In this document: piece by piece, positions 21,180 to 34,930 of the stretch
Layout: every line of letters starts with the position of its first letter
Numbering within the stretch: the first letter of the stretch is position 1
Assembly: GCF_016433145.1 (NCBI RefSeq)
Contig: NC_058135.1
Span: 21,692,056-21,756,055, forward strand
Reading direction: 5' to 3'
Length of the DNA: 64,000 bases
DNA from: Gracilinanus agilis
Taxonomy: Eukaryota
The notes under the pieces: model-generated
Databases searched by the model: none
Seen by the model: the letters and a program-made list of their open reading frames with translations, nothing else
What the model was told of the DNA's origin: nothing
Translations under genes and position numbers: made by a program

Positions 21180-22930
21180 TAGGAATTTCATTTACAATAT
21201 AGGCAACGAAAAACCAAAACTACAGAATATTAGTAATAATTAAATGTGATAATATAACATCTAATTTTATAAAGGAAAAATGTAATTAAATTGAAAAAAT
21301 AGAGATAATAACAATAGTATAACAATAGTAACTCACTGAGCTGGGAAAATCTATCAGAAAGTTAATCAACAGGGAAATATAAAACTGAACAAAATGCTTG
21401 ATAAGTTAGAGCTAAAAGATTTTTATTATCTTCTATAAGGAACTATGAAAGAATATATCCATTTCTCAGAACCATATGAGACAGATAACACAATAAAAAT
21501 AGAGATCAACTCAAGGAGCATGAGAAAAGGTTACAAACCTAAATGGAGACAATAATGAAATACTGAAAACACGTGGGTCAAAAAAACAAATAATAGAAAC
21601 AATTAATAAGTATGTAAAAGAATAATAATGGTGATAAAATATGTCAATTTTGGGGAGATTCCACTAATGTAGTCCTCAGAGCAAAAAGTTATATTCCTAA
21701 ATGTATACATTAAGGACATGGGAAAAAGAGGATTAATGAATCAAATATATTATTTTTTTAAGTACACCAAAAATATGAAAAAGATCATTTTGAAAATTAG
21801 GGGGAAATGAATAAATTAGAAACCACAAGGAAAAAATTTAAGAATAACACAAAATCTAGTTTTTTTAAAGCTTTAATAATTAATTAATTAATTAGTTAAT
21901 TAATAAACCTTTGTTGTCGTTCGGTAGTTTTTCTGTCATGTTCAATTCTTTGTGACCTCATTGATGTTTTCTTGGGAAAGATAGTGAAGTGTTTTGCCGT
22001 TTCTTTCTCCAACTCATTTTCCAAATGAGAAAACAGAGGCAAAAAAGGTAAAGCGATTTCTAGGATCATATAGCTAGTGAGTATCTGAAACAGGAAGATG
22101 TCTTCCTGACTCCAGACCTGGCACTCTATCAACTGGATTCCCTCACTGCCCCTACCCCCTTATAAATCTGATTTTTAAATTTGATTTTTTAAAAAGAGGA
22201 AAATTGAATCAACAAAATAAAATTTATCAAAATAGAACTATAATAAACCCATAAAAATAAAAAGAATTTTCAGAATCTAGGATACATAGCTGCAAACATC
22301 TCCCTATGAGACTAGAAATGGAGAACTATGGGTATGAAACACTAGATATAATATCAAAAATTTTCAATGGATTGGAAAGTTCGTTCAACTTTTTTTCTTC
22401 TTTGGGAGGTACTAGGGAAAGAAAATGGTGGGATATATAGAAACTCTAAAAGTAAAAGAGAGCAACAAACATTTATTTTAAAAGTGTACCAATATTAGGT
22501 TTATTTCCCAAGATAATTAAGGAATATAAAAACTATATGTTCTCAAATATTTATAGCAACTCTCTTTATGTTGTCAAACAAATGGAAATTGAAAAGATAC
22601 CCATCAATCAAGGAATGTCTAACCAAATTGTGGCATATGATTTTGAGGGGATACTACTGCATCATAAGAAATAGCAGATTAATTTTGGAAAAACATGGAA
22701 ATATCTACATGAAATCATGAAAAGTAAAATGAGCAGAACCAAGAGAACATTACATACATCAATAGAAATAGTCTTTGAAGTCTCATTTGTATACAATCTC
22801 CATCTCCAGAGAAAGAACTGATAAATAGAAATAAATGACATAGTTTTATATAACTATATCTTTTTGTCAAATGATAGGGGAAGGGCAAGAGTAAAGGAAC
22901 TAACTAGGTATTTAAATGTAAAAAAAAAAA
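21180..22930 (+). mobile_element. Old L1 ORF2/3' UTR fragments, interrupted by a MAR1 SINE
   Basis: A-rich LINE text; atacccatcaatcaaggaatgtctaaccaaattgtggcatatg...gagcagaaccaagagaacatt is decayed ORF2 C-terminus. Confidence 0.65.
21905..22150 (-). mobile_element. MAR1-type SINE
   Basis: ttgttgtcgttcgg...ttcttgggaaagatagtgaagtgttttgccgtttctttctccaactcattttccaaatgagaaaacagaggc. Confidence 0.85.
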
Positions 22931-24446
22931 CATAAGAAATTTTTAAAGATGAATGTAATTTGGAGGTTAGAGTACTTGTAAGACCACTCTTTCATTGTTT
23001 TTTTTTCTTAATACTTTCCTAGTCTTTCTGCTTCTAATTAGTAGAGAAATGCCAAATTGCTAAGAAAGAGACTATTATTTGTAGATAAAGTTTCTTGTTC
23101 ATGTTCTCTGGCTCTATCTATGCTTCTTTTTCCTTTCCAGTATTGGTCCCTCGAGTTTCATTGAAGGCTTAAGTTGCTCTCTCAGAACTACATAAACACA
23201 CTACTCCCTAGCTCATTTAGCCAGTTGGTGTCATCACTTTTAATAGCATTAGAATTGTCCATATGCTGCTCTATAATGTGCCATCTGCATGGCCCTTTGA
23301 CTGTAGGATGTACTCTGAACATAAATGGTTTTTTAAAGAAAGAAGGTGTCAAACTATTCACTTATATGAAGTGTATCATAGCACCCTGGGGCATTCAATA
23401 ATATGTCCCTCTGAGTGTTCTTTTCTATCTTTCTCCTCAGCATGGTCGCTTCTTCTAACTTGTACCTTTAAATTTAAAAAAAAAATTAAGGTCATATTAT
23501 TATTTAATTAGTCTTCTGATTATTAAATCATTAAAGGATTAGAATTTGCCCCAAATGCCCTCATCTAAATTAGATAATTCAGAACATCCAGAGGATTGCT
23601 TGTAGGTATAATCCTCATGTGTCTACAAAATGAATAAACTCTCTAAGGAAAAATGTAGTACTTAATATAGAACAGATGCTTAATCTCAGTTTTTCTGATT
23701 TATCATAGCAAAAGTTTGAATGAGGCTGATTAATTTTCTGTCTTGAAGTCTCTAAACAATAAAACAATAAATATTGTGAATTTACTTTCTAAAATGTATT
23801 TCCTCTACCACTTTACCCACCCCTAAGACCCTGGTCAATAGAACTAAATCCCTTAGGTAGTCTTTTAAAGTAATTTTGTCCTCAAGGAGAGATGTTTAAA
23901 AAAATAAACAAAGAAAAATGTAATAATAATTGCAATGATAACTTGCTGACCAAAGAACCTAACAAGCAACTTTCCAAACAGGTAATTATATGAGACTCCA
24001 AAAGTGTTTGTGTTTATCTCATAAAGTTTCTTATGCCTCCTTCATATTAATGTTTGTGCCCATACACATAGAGAAAAGCACCTACCATCTGCTTATTCTC
24101 ATAAACTCATGTTCTTATTATATATTTCACAACTAAATCCCCCCAGGCCTTGAAGCCTTTTGCCTAGCCTCCTACCAACATTCTTTATTCAGATCACAAT
24201 ACCCTCACACAAGTATAATTTCATATGTCCCATCTTATGTGAACTCACAAATAAACATTTATTACTAAGAGTATGTGTACATTCTACAGGCTACTATTAT
24301 AAACATACACCAAGTTTTATGTTTGTTTTTAAATAACAATTCATCTTAGCACCTGACCTTCTATATGCATTCCTCAGATCAATATGTTTTTAAATGAAGG
24401 TATAATATTAAAATGCAAAAATATAAATAGTGCATGCACTAAAACT

Positions 24447-24900
24447 GATCAATAAACAAACATTTATCAAGCACATGATATATCTCAATCATGATATAAG
24501 CACTGAGAAAACAAAGACAAAAGGGAAACAGACCCTGCCCTTATAGAAATCTCTTATTGGTGAGTATTACATGGATATAGAAAAGTGCCTGTGTATGTGT
24601 ACAAAATAAGTAAAAATTAACAGTTGAGTGGAGGCACCTGGGTATCAGGAAAGGCTTCCTATAGAGACTGCATAGTAGAAACCCCCCTGAGATCCTGAAA
24701 GGCTGAGTTAAAGTGGGAATGCATTCCTGGTCTGGAAGGATGCCGGCACCAGGAGATGGAGATAATGATTGAAGAACACCAAGAAATCCATTTTGACTGA
24801 ACCATAAAGGGTGTGAAGTGGCACGATATATAATAACCTAGAAAAGGCAGCTGCAGTTTGACTTCTATAGGAATTCAGATGTCAAATTAAGAGTGTCTGA
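24447..24900 (-). mobile_element. L2 3' fragment
   Basis: caataaacaaacatttatcaagcac...ccctgccctt...ggtatcaggaaaggcttcc. Confidence 0.7.
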
Positions 24901-25410
24901 ATGTCTCTGAATATGTGTTTTTGTTTTGCTTTAAAAATACATTTCAAATGACGAAGTCATGAATATTTCTAAAATATTCTCTTACATTTAATTGAACAAG
25001 ACATAAGATCATTAATTATATTTGTCTAGTCTGTCAGACAAATTTGTCCTATCTGTTAAGAGTGATGTGATTTTCTAGTGTAAATAAAAATTGCTTTGTC
25101 ATTGTTTTCCTATAAATGTTCTGGTAAGTGAGCCAATTATTTAAAAATATTCTCTCATATGCCTATCTCTATATTTTGTCCTTTGGTATATCTAAGCTAT
25201 TGACCTCTTGTGACATGTAACTGCTAAAGGTGCACACTAACCTGACATACAGCCAAGGCTCCTGTTTTATCTTTTATTTCTAAGTCATGGCAGAGTTTCA
25301 GATACAGTAGCTGTTACTGACTGACTCTTTGGCAGGAATTTATTTGAAGATAAGGTATTGCATGTGAAAAAGAATACTGGTTGTAGAGTCAAATGGCTTG
25401 TATGTAAAAT

Positions 25411-27900
25411 ACTAACAAAAAGACTCCAGCAAGTGATCATGAGGATATGATCAGGTGGGATTTGTACAAGGAATACAAGGATGGTTTAATATTAGAAAAA
25501 CCATCCATATAATTGACCATATCAACAACCAAACCAAAAGAAATCACATGATTATCTTAATAGATACAGAAAAAGCCCTTGACAAAATACAACACCCATT
25601 CCTATTGGAAACACTAGAGAGTATTTTTATACTTTCTATATAAGGGCCCTTGCTAAAAATAATATAGAGTATATATTTAAAACCATCAGCAAGTATTATC
25701 TGCAATGGGGATAAGTTAGCAGCATTCCTAGTAAGATCAGGAGTGAAACAAGGATGCTGATTATCACCTCTATTACTTAACATTGTACTAGAAACACTAG
25801 CAGTAGCAATTAGAGAAGAAAAAGAAATTGAATTGATTAAAGTAGGTAATGAGGAAATGAAACTATCACTCTTTGCAAATGATATGATGGTCTACTTAAA
25901 GAATCCTAGAGAATCAATTAAAAAAGCTAGTGGACATAATCAACAACTTTAGCAAAGTGGTAGGATACAAAAAAAAACCATATAAATCATCAACATTTCT
26001 ATATATTTCCAGCACAACTCAGCAACAAGAGTTAGAAAGAGAAATTCCATTTAAAATCACCCTGGACCATATAAAATATTTAGGAATCTATTTGCCAAGA
26101 CAAACACAGGAATTATATGAACACAGCTACAAAACACTTTCCACACCATCAAAACTAGATCTAAATAATTGGAAAAATATTAATTTCTCATGGGTAGGAT
26201 GAGCTAATATAATAAAAATGACAATCCTACCCAAATTAATTTACCTATTTAGTGCCATACTTTTCAAACTACCAGGAAACTTTTTTTATAGAATTAGAAA
26301 AAATTATAGTGAAGTTCATTTGGAAGAATAAAAGATCGAGAATATCAAAGGGAACTAATGAAAAAAAAACAGTGAAGGATGGGAGCCTAGCAATACCAGA
26401 TCTTAAACTGTACTATTAAGCAGTAGTCCTCAAAACAATATGGTACTGGCTAAGAGACAGAAGGAAGGATCAGTGAAATAGACTAGGAGTAAATGACCTC
26501 AGTAAGATAGTGTACAATAAAATCATCCTAGCTTTTGGGATAAGAAATACTATTTGAGAAAAACTGCTGGGAAAATTTGAAAAAAGTATGGGAGAGATTA
26601 GGTTTAGATCAAAACCTCACACCCTATACCAAGATAAATTCAGAATGAGTAAATGACTTAAATATAAAGAGGGCAATTACAAGTAAATCAGGTGAACATA
26701 GAAAAGTATACCTGTCAGATCAATGGGAAAGGCAAGAACAAGCAAGAGATAGAGAATATTACAAAATGTTAAATGAATAATTTTGTGTACATTAAATTAA
26801 AAAGTTCGTGTACAAACAAAACCAATGCAACCAAAATTAAAAGGGAAGCAACAAATTGGGGAGGAGGGGATCTTTACAATAAAAACCTTTGACAAATGTC
26901 TAATTTCTCAAATTTATAAGGAATTAAGTCAATTGTACAAAAATATCAAGCTATTCTCCAATTGATAAATGGGCAAAGGACATGAATAGGCAGTTGTCAG
27001 AAAAAGAAATCAAAACTATCAATAAGCACATGAAAAAGTGTTCTAAATCTCTCATAATTAGGGAAATGCAAATCAAAACAACTCTGAGGTACCACCTCAC
27101 ACCTAGTAGATTGGCCAATATGGCAGCAAAGGAAAGTGATAAATGTTGGAGAGGCTGTGGCAAAATTGGGATATTAATGCACTGCTGGTAGAGTTGTGAA
27201 TTTATCCAACCATTCTGGAGGGCAATTTGGAACTATGCCCAAAGGGCTTTAAAAGAATGTCTGCCCTTTGATCCAGCTATACCACTGCTGGGTTTGTACC
27301 CCAAAGTGATAATAAGGAAAAATACATGCTCTTTTGTAGTGGCAAGAAACTGGAAAATGGGTAGGTGCCCATTGATTAGCGAATGGCTGAACAAATTGTG
27401 GTATCTGTTGGTGATGGAATACTATTGTGCTCAAAGGAATAATGAACTAGAGGAATTCCACGTGAACTAGAAAGATCTCCAGGAATGGATGCAGAGTGGA
27501 AGGAGCAGAACCAGGAGAACATTGTACACAGAGACAGATACACTGTGGTAAAACTGAATGTAACTAACTTCTTTACTAGCAGCAATGCAATGATCCAGGA
27601 CAATTCTGGGAGACTTATGGGAAAGAATGCTATCCACATCTAGAGAAAGAACTGTGGGAACAGAAATGCAAAAAACAAACACATTGGTTGATCATATGGT
27701 TTGATGTTTATATGACTGAGGATTTTGACTTTAATTGATCATTCTATTATAAATATTAATTGGAAATAGGTTTTGAACAATGATACACGTATAACCTAGT
27801 AGAATTGCTTGTCAGTTCTTTGAGGTAGAAGGAATAAGGGGAGAGAAAGAACATGAATTATGTAACCATGGGAAAATATTATTAATTAATTAATTAAAAA
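25411..27900 (+). mobile_element. 5'-truncated L1, about 2.5 kb (RT domain to 3' UTR), disabled by stops and frameshifts
   Basis: ORF pieces [23 protein letters not shown]...[13 protein letters not shown] (RT), [13 protein letters not shown] and CWRGCGKIGILMHCW (CCHC knuckle); 3' UTR ending catgtaaccatgggaaaatatt. Confidence 0.97.
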
Positions 27901-28165
27901 TGTTTGAATGACTTGGATTTGAATTCCTATGCAGCCACTTGTAACCTGTGGAACCTTAGGTGGTCACTACCTTTTACCCTCATTTGTAAGCCAAAATGAA
28001 ATAAATAAATTATGTTGGGCCATTATTTATGGACTCACTGGATCAAAATAGCAACATCTTAGAGCTTTCAGGAATCTCATAGAGCTTCTAATATGAGTCT
28101 TACATGAATAAAAATCCTCTCTACATCATTTCTGATGAAAGATTATCCTTTATTTTAAAACCTTA

Positions 28166-28350
28166 GGGGCAGCTGGGTGGCTTAGTGGATTGAGAGCCAG
28201 GGCTAGAGACAGGAGGTCCTGAGTTCAAATATGGCCTCAGATACACTTAACCGCCATTGCCTAGCCCTTACAGCTCTTCTGCCTTGCAAGCAATACACAG
28301 TATTAATTCTAAGATGGAAGGTAAGGGTTTAAAAAAACAAACAAAAAAAA
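28166..28350 (+). mobile_element. SINE1_Mdo-like element with an internal core deletion
   Basis: Head ggggcagctgggtggcttagtgg, tail ...ggaaggtaagggtttaaaaaaa; about 30 nt of core missing compared with 9890-10072. Confidence 0.9.
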
Positions 28351-29189
28351 CTTCAAGGGAGAGGAAACCAATTACCTTTCTCAGCAGCCAATTTTACTTT
28401 TGGATGGCAGTATTTTTAGAAAGTTTTTTCTTGCATTCAACCTAAATCTTCCCTTTTACAACTTCTATGAATAACAATAATATCAATAGAATGATAAACA
28501 CCTTGTGATAATAATGATAATAATCATTGTTGTTATAAAAATTATCTGACTGAATTGGGGTTAAGAATAACAGTTTATTTATTTTATCAGTTTATTGCTT
28601 AGCCTGGCATCATAATCAATAAAGTCACATAGGTCTCTATGCCCCCCCTCAAATAACCAGAGAGACCTTGAATCTAGGAAGGGCAGTTTAATATTTGAAT
28701 TTTAGGAGTTCATTATTCAACCTCTCTTTCGAATACCCAAAGACATCTCTAATTGGTGAATAATTAAGAGGTGACCCATCAAATTATCCACTTCTCCCCA
28801 TCTCCATATTATGGGGAACACTTAAGCAGGAAAATAATTCTTGTTCCCTCCATTTACTAATCTAATTCTGTTAAAAGAGAAGGCATTCTTTGAGATTTCT
28901 AAGGACAAAGAAAATTCAAAAAGCAATAGACTAGATAGAATCTTTGACTCAAACCCCAGACAAAGGAATATGCAGTAATCCTCCCTAATATGTCGGAATG
29001 TGTGCCTTTCTACTCCATTTCCCTGATATAATATTTACTACAACATCTGAAAAAATAAATTCTCATACCATGTATATGGTATATTAAGCTTGGCAAAGTA
29101 CTTCCTAATTTTTATCCCATATTATTCATAATATAACAATGTTGGGGGCAAGGTTTGTTTACTATAGTTATAAGATAATCGATTGACAT

Positions 29190-30310
29190 TTATGAATGAA
29201 TGAATCAGCCAATATTTATTTAGGACCCACTATGTACCAGCCACTTTGCTAAGAACTGGTGACACAAAAAGAAGCAAAGTACAGTCCCTGCCCTAAAGGA
29301 GCTTATAGACTAATAGTTCCACAGGCAACACTTCTTTGTGCCACTTTATGGCAAAAATCAATACATAACCTCAAGGAGATTATTGTCTAATGGGGGAGAC
29401 AACATACAAACAATTATGTTCAAATGAGCTCTATATGGAATAAATTGGAAATAATCAATAGCAGGAAAGCATGAGAGTTAAGAGAGATTTAGAAGAGCTT
29501 CCCAAAGAAAGTTGAACTTTCCCTCAGACATGAAAGAAACCATGTAGCTCAGGAGACAGAGGTGAGGAGGGAGAGCATTCAGTGATGGATGACAGCCATT
29601 GAAAATGCTTCAAATCAGGAAATGGAATGTAGAGGGAAAAGAGGTATAAGGTGTACACATAGTGATCCTGTAGGTAATATAATATAATATAATGTAACGT
29701 AATGTAATGTAATGTAATATATAATATAATGTAATTAATATAATATAGCATAACATAAAATAACAACACAAACCAACATAACATAACATAACATAACATA
29801 ACATAACATGTAATCCTGTAGGTTATTGATATGTGTGTAACATCATCAGCTTTGGAAGATCATATTGGCAGTTGAGGGGAAGATGGACAGGAATCAAGAG
29901 AGACTTGCATCTAGGAGATAAGCTAGCAGGCTAATGCAAGAGTTTAGGCACGAGACATTAAGGTGTCAGAAGTGAGAAAGGAGCATATGGGAGATATGCT
30001 ATAAAGGTAAAGTTGACAGATCTTGGATATGGGAATGGTAGAGTAAAGAACTGATTAAAATACCTGGATTGAGCCTGGTAAACTAAAAAGATGGTGGTAT
30101 CCTTGACACTGGGGAAATTAGGAAAAAGGGATAGTTGGGTAGAAGATAATAAGATTTATACATATTGAGTTTAAAATCTTTTTAGGCCATTCAGTTAGAG
30201 ACGTCCACTAAGCAGCTGCAGTTGTGAGATGTAGGTCAGTTGAGAGATGGGAAGTGATTTGAGAATGATCATGATGATACATAGGAGCTGAAAATTTCAG
30301 CAAGTGAACA
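29190..30310 (-). mobile_element. L2 3' region containing a pentanucleotide array
   Basis: gaatgaatgaatcagccaatatttatttaggacccactatgtaccagcc terminus and a purine-rich antisense body. Confidence 0.8.
29676..29812. repeat. Compound pentanucleotide microsatellite (TAATA)n/(TAATG)n/(ATAAC)n
   Basis: Directly visible array, flanked by the 11-bp direct repeat atcctgtaggt. Confidence 0.95.
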
Positions 30311-30339
30311 AATTTAATCTCTCTTCCACATGATATCAC

Positions 30340-30735
30340 TTGAAATTCTAGAAGGCAACTATTAGATCCTTATGTTTCGTCTTCTTTAAGCCTTAAGACA
30401 TTTTAGTTCCTTCAATTCACCTCCATAAAGCACAGATTCCACTCTAGTCTCTATTCTCATTATTCCTATATCTTCACTAACCAACATTCTTCCTATAATG
30501 CAATACTTGGAAGTGAACATTATAATTATAATTTGAGTAGGGAGTAAAAGAGAATTTTATTTCCCTAGACATTTCTACCTGTCTTTATATAGCTTAATGC
30601 TGCATTGCACTTAATTGCTATACTCACAATATTAATTCATATTAAGCTTTCAATCTTTTTAAATCTTTATTTTTTCAAATGAACAACTATCCAGGTATGC
30701 CTCTAATGTTCATTTTTTTAAACTCAAGTGCAAGT
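30340..30735 (-). mobile_element. CR1/L3 LINE fragment
   Basis: gaaggcaactatt...acattttagttccttcaattc...ctgcattgcacttaattgctatactcacaatattaattcatattaagctttcaatc resembles antisense L3 RT 3' region; probably resumes after 31200. Confidence 0.65.
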
Positions 30736-31198
30736 GTTCCTTTCAGAAACTAGAAGACTTTAAAATATATATAGCATGCTGAACTGAGAGTAGAAAGCAT
30801 TTTATCCCCTTAAGGATCAGGTTAGGTATAGCCAGGAAGTCAGGCTAGAACAGAATACACAAAATAAGATTAGGCCAGATGCAAGCCTAGAGGCTTTCAA
30901 TCTAAGGACATAAGTAATTTATAAGGGAGCAGCATATTCTGTAGCCAGTTATACATAAACCAGTTATGTTTAAATTCCATAACTTCTGTCTACCTAATGA
31001 AGTACAACTCTTCCAGACTAAAGCTGATAAATAGCAGGAGAGCAGAGAGTATGCCCAACTGTGAGATTCTGAGATCTGTGAATTGTTTGATAACGTGCTG
31101 CAGTCTGCTATATATAGCTTTTCATTATCCTTTGAATTATTTGTAATTTAATTCTTTGGAGCTGGTGATAACCTCTTTTTTGAAGCAATTTGGTAACA
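30735..31198 (+). mobile_element. Probable solo LTR inserted into CR1/L3
   Basis: Non-LINE block ending tggtaaca with TATA-like gataaatag and tatatag; left end uncertain (30735-30780); no TSD seen. Confidence 0.45.
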
Positions 31199-32488
31199 CT
31201 AAATGATTCTTAGAAGCAGTACCTGATTTTCCCAATATGTTCTAACATAATTTCTTCTCAATTTCTCAATTTGTTGCACAGATCATATCCCTTTGCAGAA
31301 CCTAAGATACATATTGATGGACTAATTCAGTGATCTTACTTACTAGTTGTATATCTGATTTACTTAAGCAAAAAAAAGTCATTTTTATTCAATTTTTTCT
31401 TCATGGTTAGAACAATCTTTTATTTTCTCTGAATATATATTATTTCCCTCATGAAGAGGTACACACCTAATTCCAGAGTTCCAGAATTTGGTGAATAGTT
31501 CATTTTTCTTGACAAAATATATTTAATAATGAAATATATTTGTGAAAAAGTGGCTTATTATAAAAGTACAAATGTGAGTATAATGGAAAAGTTAGGCTCA
31601 TTCTGTTAGCTTTTTTAGGTTTATAACAATTTGAGCAAATTTTCATTTAGGAATGCTCATCTTGTATATTTCCAAAATGCTATACAATCTTTATTTGTGA
31701 TTATATGACAGAGCATTTTATTTTGCTTATGCATGTAAATTTAGCATAATAATTTAATATAATTAGTATTTTTATTACCTTTATATTAATTGGTTGATTG
31801 CAAGTATGCCTGTTTATTGTTGTTTTGTTTTATTCCCAAGGATAAAGTTGCTCCTTAGAGATAATGTAAATTTAGATACTTTATCAACTGCTAATCAGAA
31901 AAAAAACCATAATAAAAACATAACACTATGGAGCTATGTCTTATAATGTAGGACACAGTGCAGAACAATGACAAGAACTGAAAGAATTTAATACATGATT
32001 GAATGTCTTGCAAAGAGTTTAAATTTAATAATCTCTACAGGATAAGGAAGAGTTAAAGAATCTTTTTAAAAGGAAGGAAGGGAGGAAAACAAAGCAAAGG
32101 AAAATATAAGGTAAAGATTATATTTTTCCCCAGAAAGAAATTTGAATTTTGTTTGGTAAAACTGAAATTAGCTATTCTATCTAGACTTTGAAAAATGTGT
32201 TTGTTTTTAATAAGTAAGAAAATAAATTCCTTTCTCGGGAAGAATCCAGTTGCAATTTTGGCAGCAGAATTAACATGATCTAGAACATTGTTTTAGTTAT
32301 ATGTGAACAAGAGGGGGAAAAAATAAAATGTTTGGAAGATATCCAAGTGATGAAATAGTACATGGAATGAGAAAAATAGATAACTAAGACATACTAACAA
32401 TGCTACAAAGGGTTAATAAGATCAGCTAAAAGTAGAATGTTAGATTAATGAATGTTTTGCAAGTTATTACTACATTGTACAGACTGGA

Positions 32489-32490
<2 letters not shown>

Positions 32491-32540
<50 letters not shown>
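32491..32540. repeat. (TG)25 microsatellite
   Basis: Perfect dinucleotide array. Confidence 0.98.
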
Positions 32541-32544
<4 letters not shown>

Positions 32545-34414
32545 ACAGATATGCTACTTAATGTGAACAATGTTTTCAAATTCCCTTATGTTCATTTGGC
32601 ATTTTCAAAAGTTTCCCACTTAAAGGAAAATAAATCTGTATAAAAAGATAGAATAAGTATTTTTAAATCTTGATAAAATATAAAAATGCTTGTAGGTAAT
32701 AAAGTCATAATACATTCCTATAGACTCCCATATAAACCTGCAAGCATGTATGTGTAAATAAATGTATATTATGTATTTATGTGTATGTTTATTTATATTT
32801 GTTTACATACTGCCCTCGGCAGACATTATGATTATAGATGAAAATAAATTCAGTGAGAATCATGAAGAATGGGAAACTTCATGAGAGATCCAAGTCATTG
32901 CTCTACACATTTTCTCAAGTCCAGCAGAATTTCCATGGAGTAGAGTTCAATGATTTGACAGAATCCTGCAATAATTATTCTTGCAAAAAACAATATTTTT
33001 GAGATATCTTTCATAGCATATGTAAAAGAGAAGAAGTATTTAATCAGTTATAATTGTAAAATGGATTCCACACTTCTGTTTCCACTGATAAAGGAATATG
33101 TTGGTTTTTCTACCTCCCTTCCCTCTTTCTCCCCTATTCCAACAATTAGTAGTTGTATTGTGCTCATGACAAAGAATCCTTTTCACAAACCTTCAGCAAT
33201 TAACTCAAGAGACATATTGTGTGCTTAAAGTATAGTATTTTAGGTCTAGTCAATTATACTCCATTCCTTTACCTTCTTTTCCTTAGTATAAGAGTTGCAT
33301 TCATTAACCTTCATAGGAATATAGAATTAGAGATTCAGAAAAGAAGGGAGCATTGAACTAGTCCAACTTGTTGGTTTTGTCATTTAAAGCCATAGGTTAT
33401 TCTGACTTTTCCAAGGTCATACACATATTAAATGGAAGAGTCAGAATTTAAATCCATATTCTTCAAATCTAGGATACTCTACTCTTCACCATTATTTTAG
33501 AACAACGTTTTCTATGCTGTCCAGTCCTTCTTATTACATAAACCATGAGCATGGTAGAATATATTTATTATTGTTACATGACTCACTTAATGAAAATAGA
33601 AGATATCACTATTTTATGTATGCTTTAGAAAGACGATGATGCCTAAAAATAAGTTTGAATCTCTTTGCAAAATAGAAGAAGGTGATAGTGAGGAATTCAG
33701 GAAAGAAAACGTGAAGCCCTGAATTAATTAACAATTGTTATAGAGTTACTATTTTATACTGTTAGTGCTGACTCTACCCCTCCCATAAACCTCCTACATA
33801 TTCTCCAACCACTCTCTAAAAGGAAAACTGGAGGCAATTTTAGTTAACTCAGATATGCTATATTACAATGTCAGATCTTTAATCCTTCTTAGTTCCAAAA
33901 TATTATATGCAACAAGGCCATAAATACTATCCTGGTACTTCCCAACTCATCCCCTCAGTATGCTATGATGATTCTCCATAGTTCTATGCTGTCTCCTGTA
34001 GTCAATCTCCATTCTCATGCAAAAGCTTTACTTGCCACAAACACTGATTCCTTTCCATGGTCTAACATGCATAGTGCTTAACTTTTACAACCAAGCCTTA
34101 AGCTCTGCCTAGTTGTTAATGTACCTTCATCTTCCTCAAAGACTAGGAAACATTCCTTTTCCTCTCTCACTCACGTAGGGAGAGAAGAGCAGGGACTATT
34201 CCCATTCAAAGCACAGAACTTGCTTCTCCATTCTAGTTTCTGTTCTTCAGCATCCTCATTTCCTAACATCCTTTATAGTTGAAGCAAACATTTTTCATAA
34301 TATAAGACATTATCCTTTAAGAGTACAACAAGCAAACATTATATCTGTGGTTTTATATATGTATATAATATTTATATATAGAAATATACATAAGGGAGAT
34401 AGGGAGAAGGGGGA

Positions 34415-34582
34415 NNNNNNNNNNNNNNNNNNNNNNNNNNNNNNNNNNNNNNNNNNNNNNNNNNNNNNNNNNNNNNNNNNNNNNNNNNNNNNNNNNNNNN
34501 NNNNNNNNNNNNNNNNNNNNNNNNNNNNNNNNNNNNNNNNNNNNNNNNNNNNNNNNNNNNNNNNNNNNNNNNNNNNNNNNNN
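34415..34582. other. Assembly gap (168 N)
   Basis: Run of N, preceded by a GA-rich tract. Confidence 1.
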
Positions 34583-34930
34583 AGAAACTCCTAGGGAGCA
34601 GAGACTTTCATTTTTGTCTTTTTATCACCAGAGCCTAACATAGTACCTGGCATATGGTGAGTACTAAATAAATTCTTGTTGATTGATTATCCTTACAGCA
34701 AGTCATTAATATAAATGCAGTGTGGTATAATGGGGGGTGAGGGAGGAATGGACTTGGAATAATGAGACTTGGAACCCAATCTGAACTAGGCCACTTTCTA
34801 ACTGGGTAATCAAGGACAATGTTATTTACTTCTGATTCCCAGGTTCCTCACCTGTAATTGAGTACAATGTCATATACTACTTACCTTTTATGACTGTGAG
34901 GAAAGTGACTTATAACCTTTAAATTCTGAT
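34583..34930 (+). mobile_element. L2 3' end followed by MIR
   Basis: cctaacatagtacctggcatatgg...aataaattcttgttgattgatt, then cagtgtggtataatgg...ccaggttcctcacctgtaa. Confidence 0.75.

Noticed and set aside
29676-29812. CRISPR-like or coding repeat (ORFs 29524-29804)
   Set aside because: A simple pentanucleotide microsatellite with no spacers; the ORFs are repeat translations.
32815-33000. Plus-strand terminal-exon-like frame (IMIIDENKFSENHEEWETS*) and minus-strand exon-like segment
   Set aside because: The minus segment has stops in all frames; the plus frame is short with no linked upstream exon.
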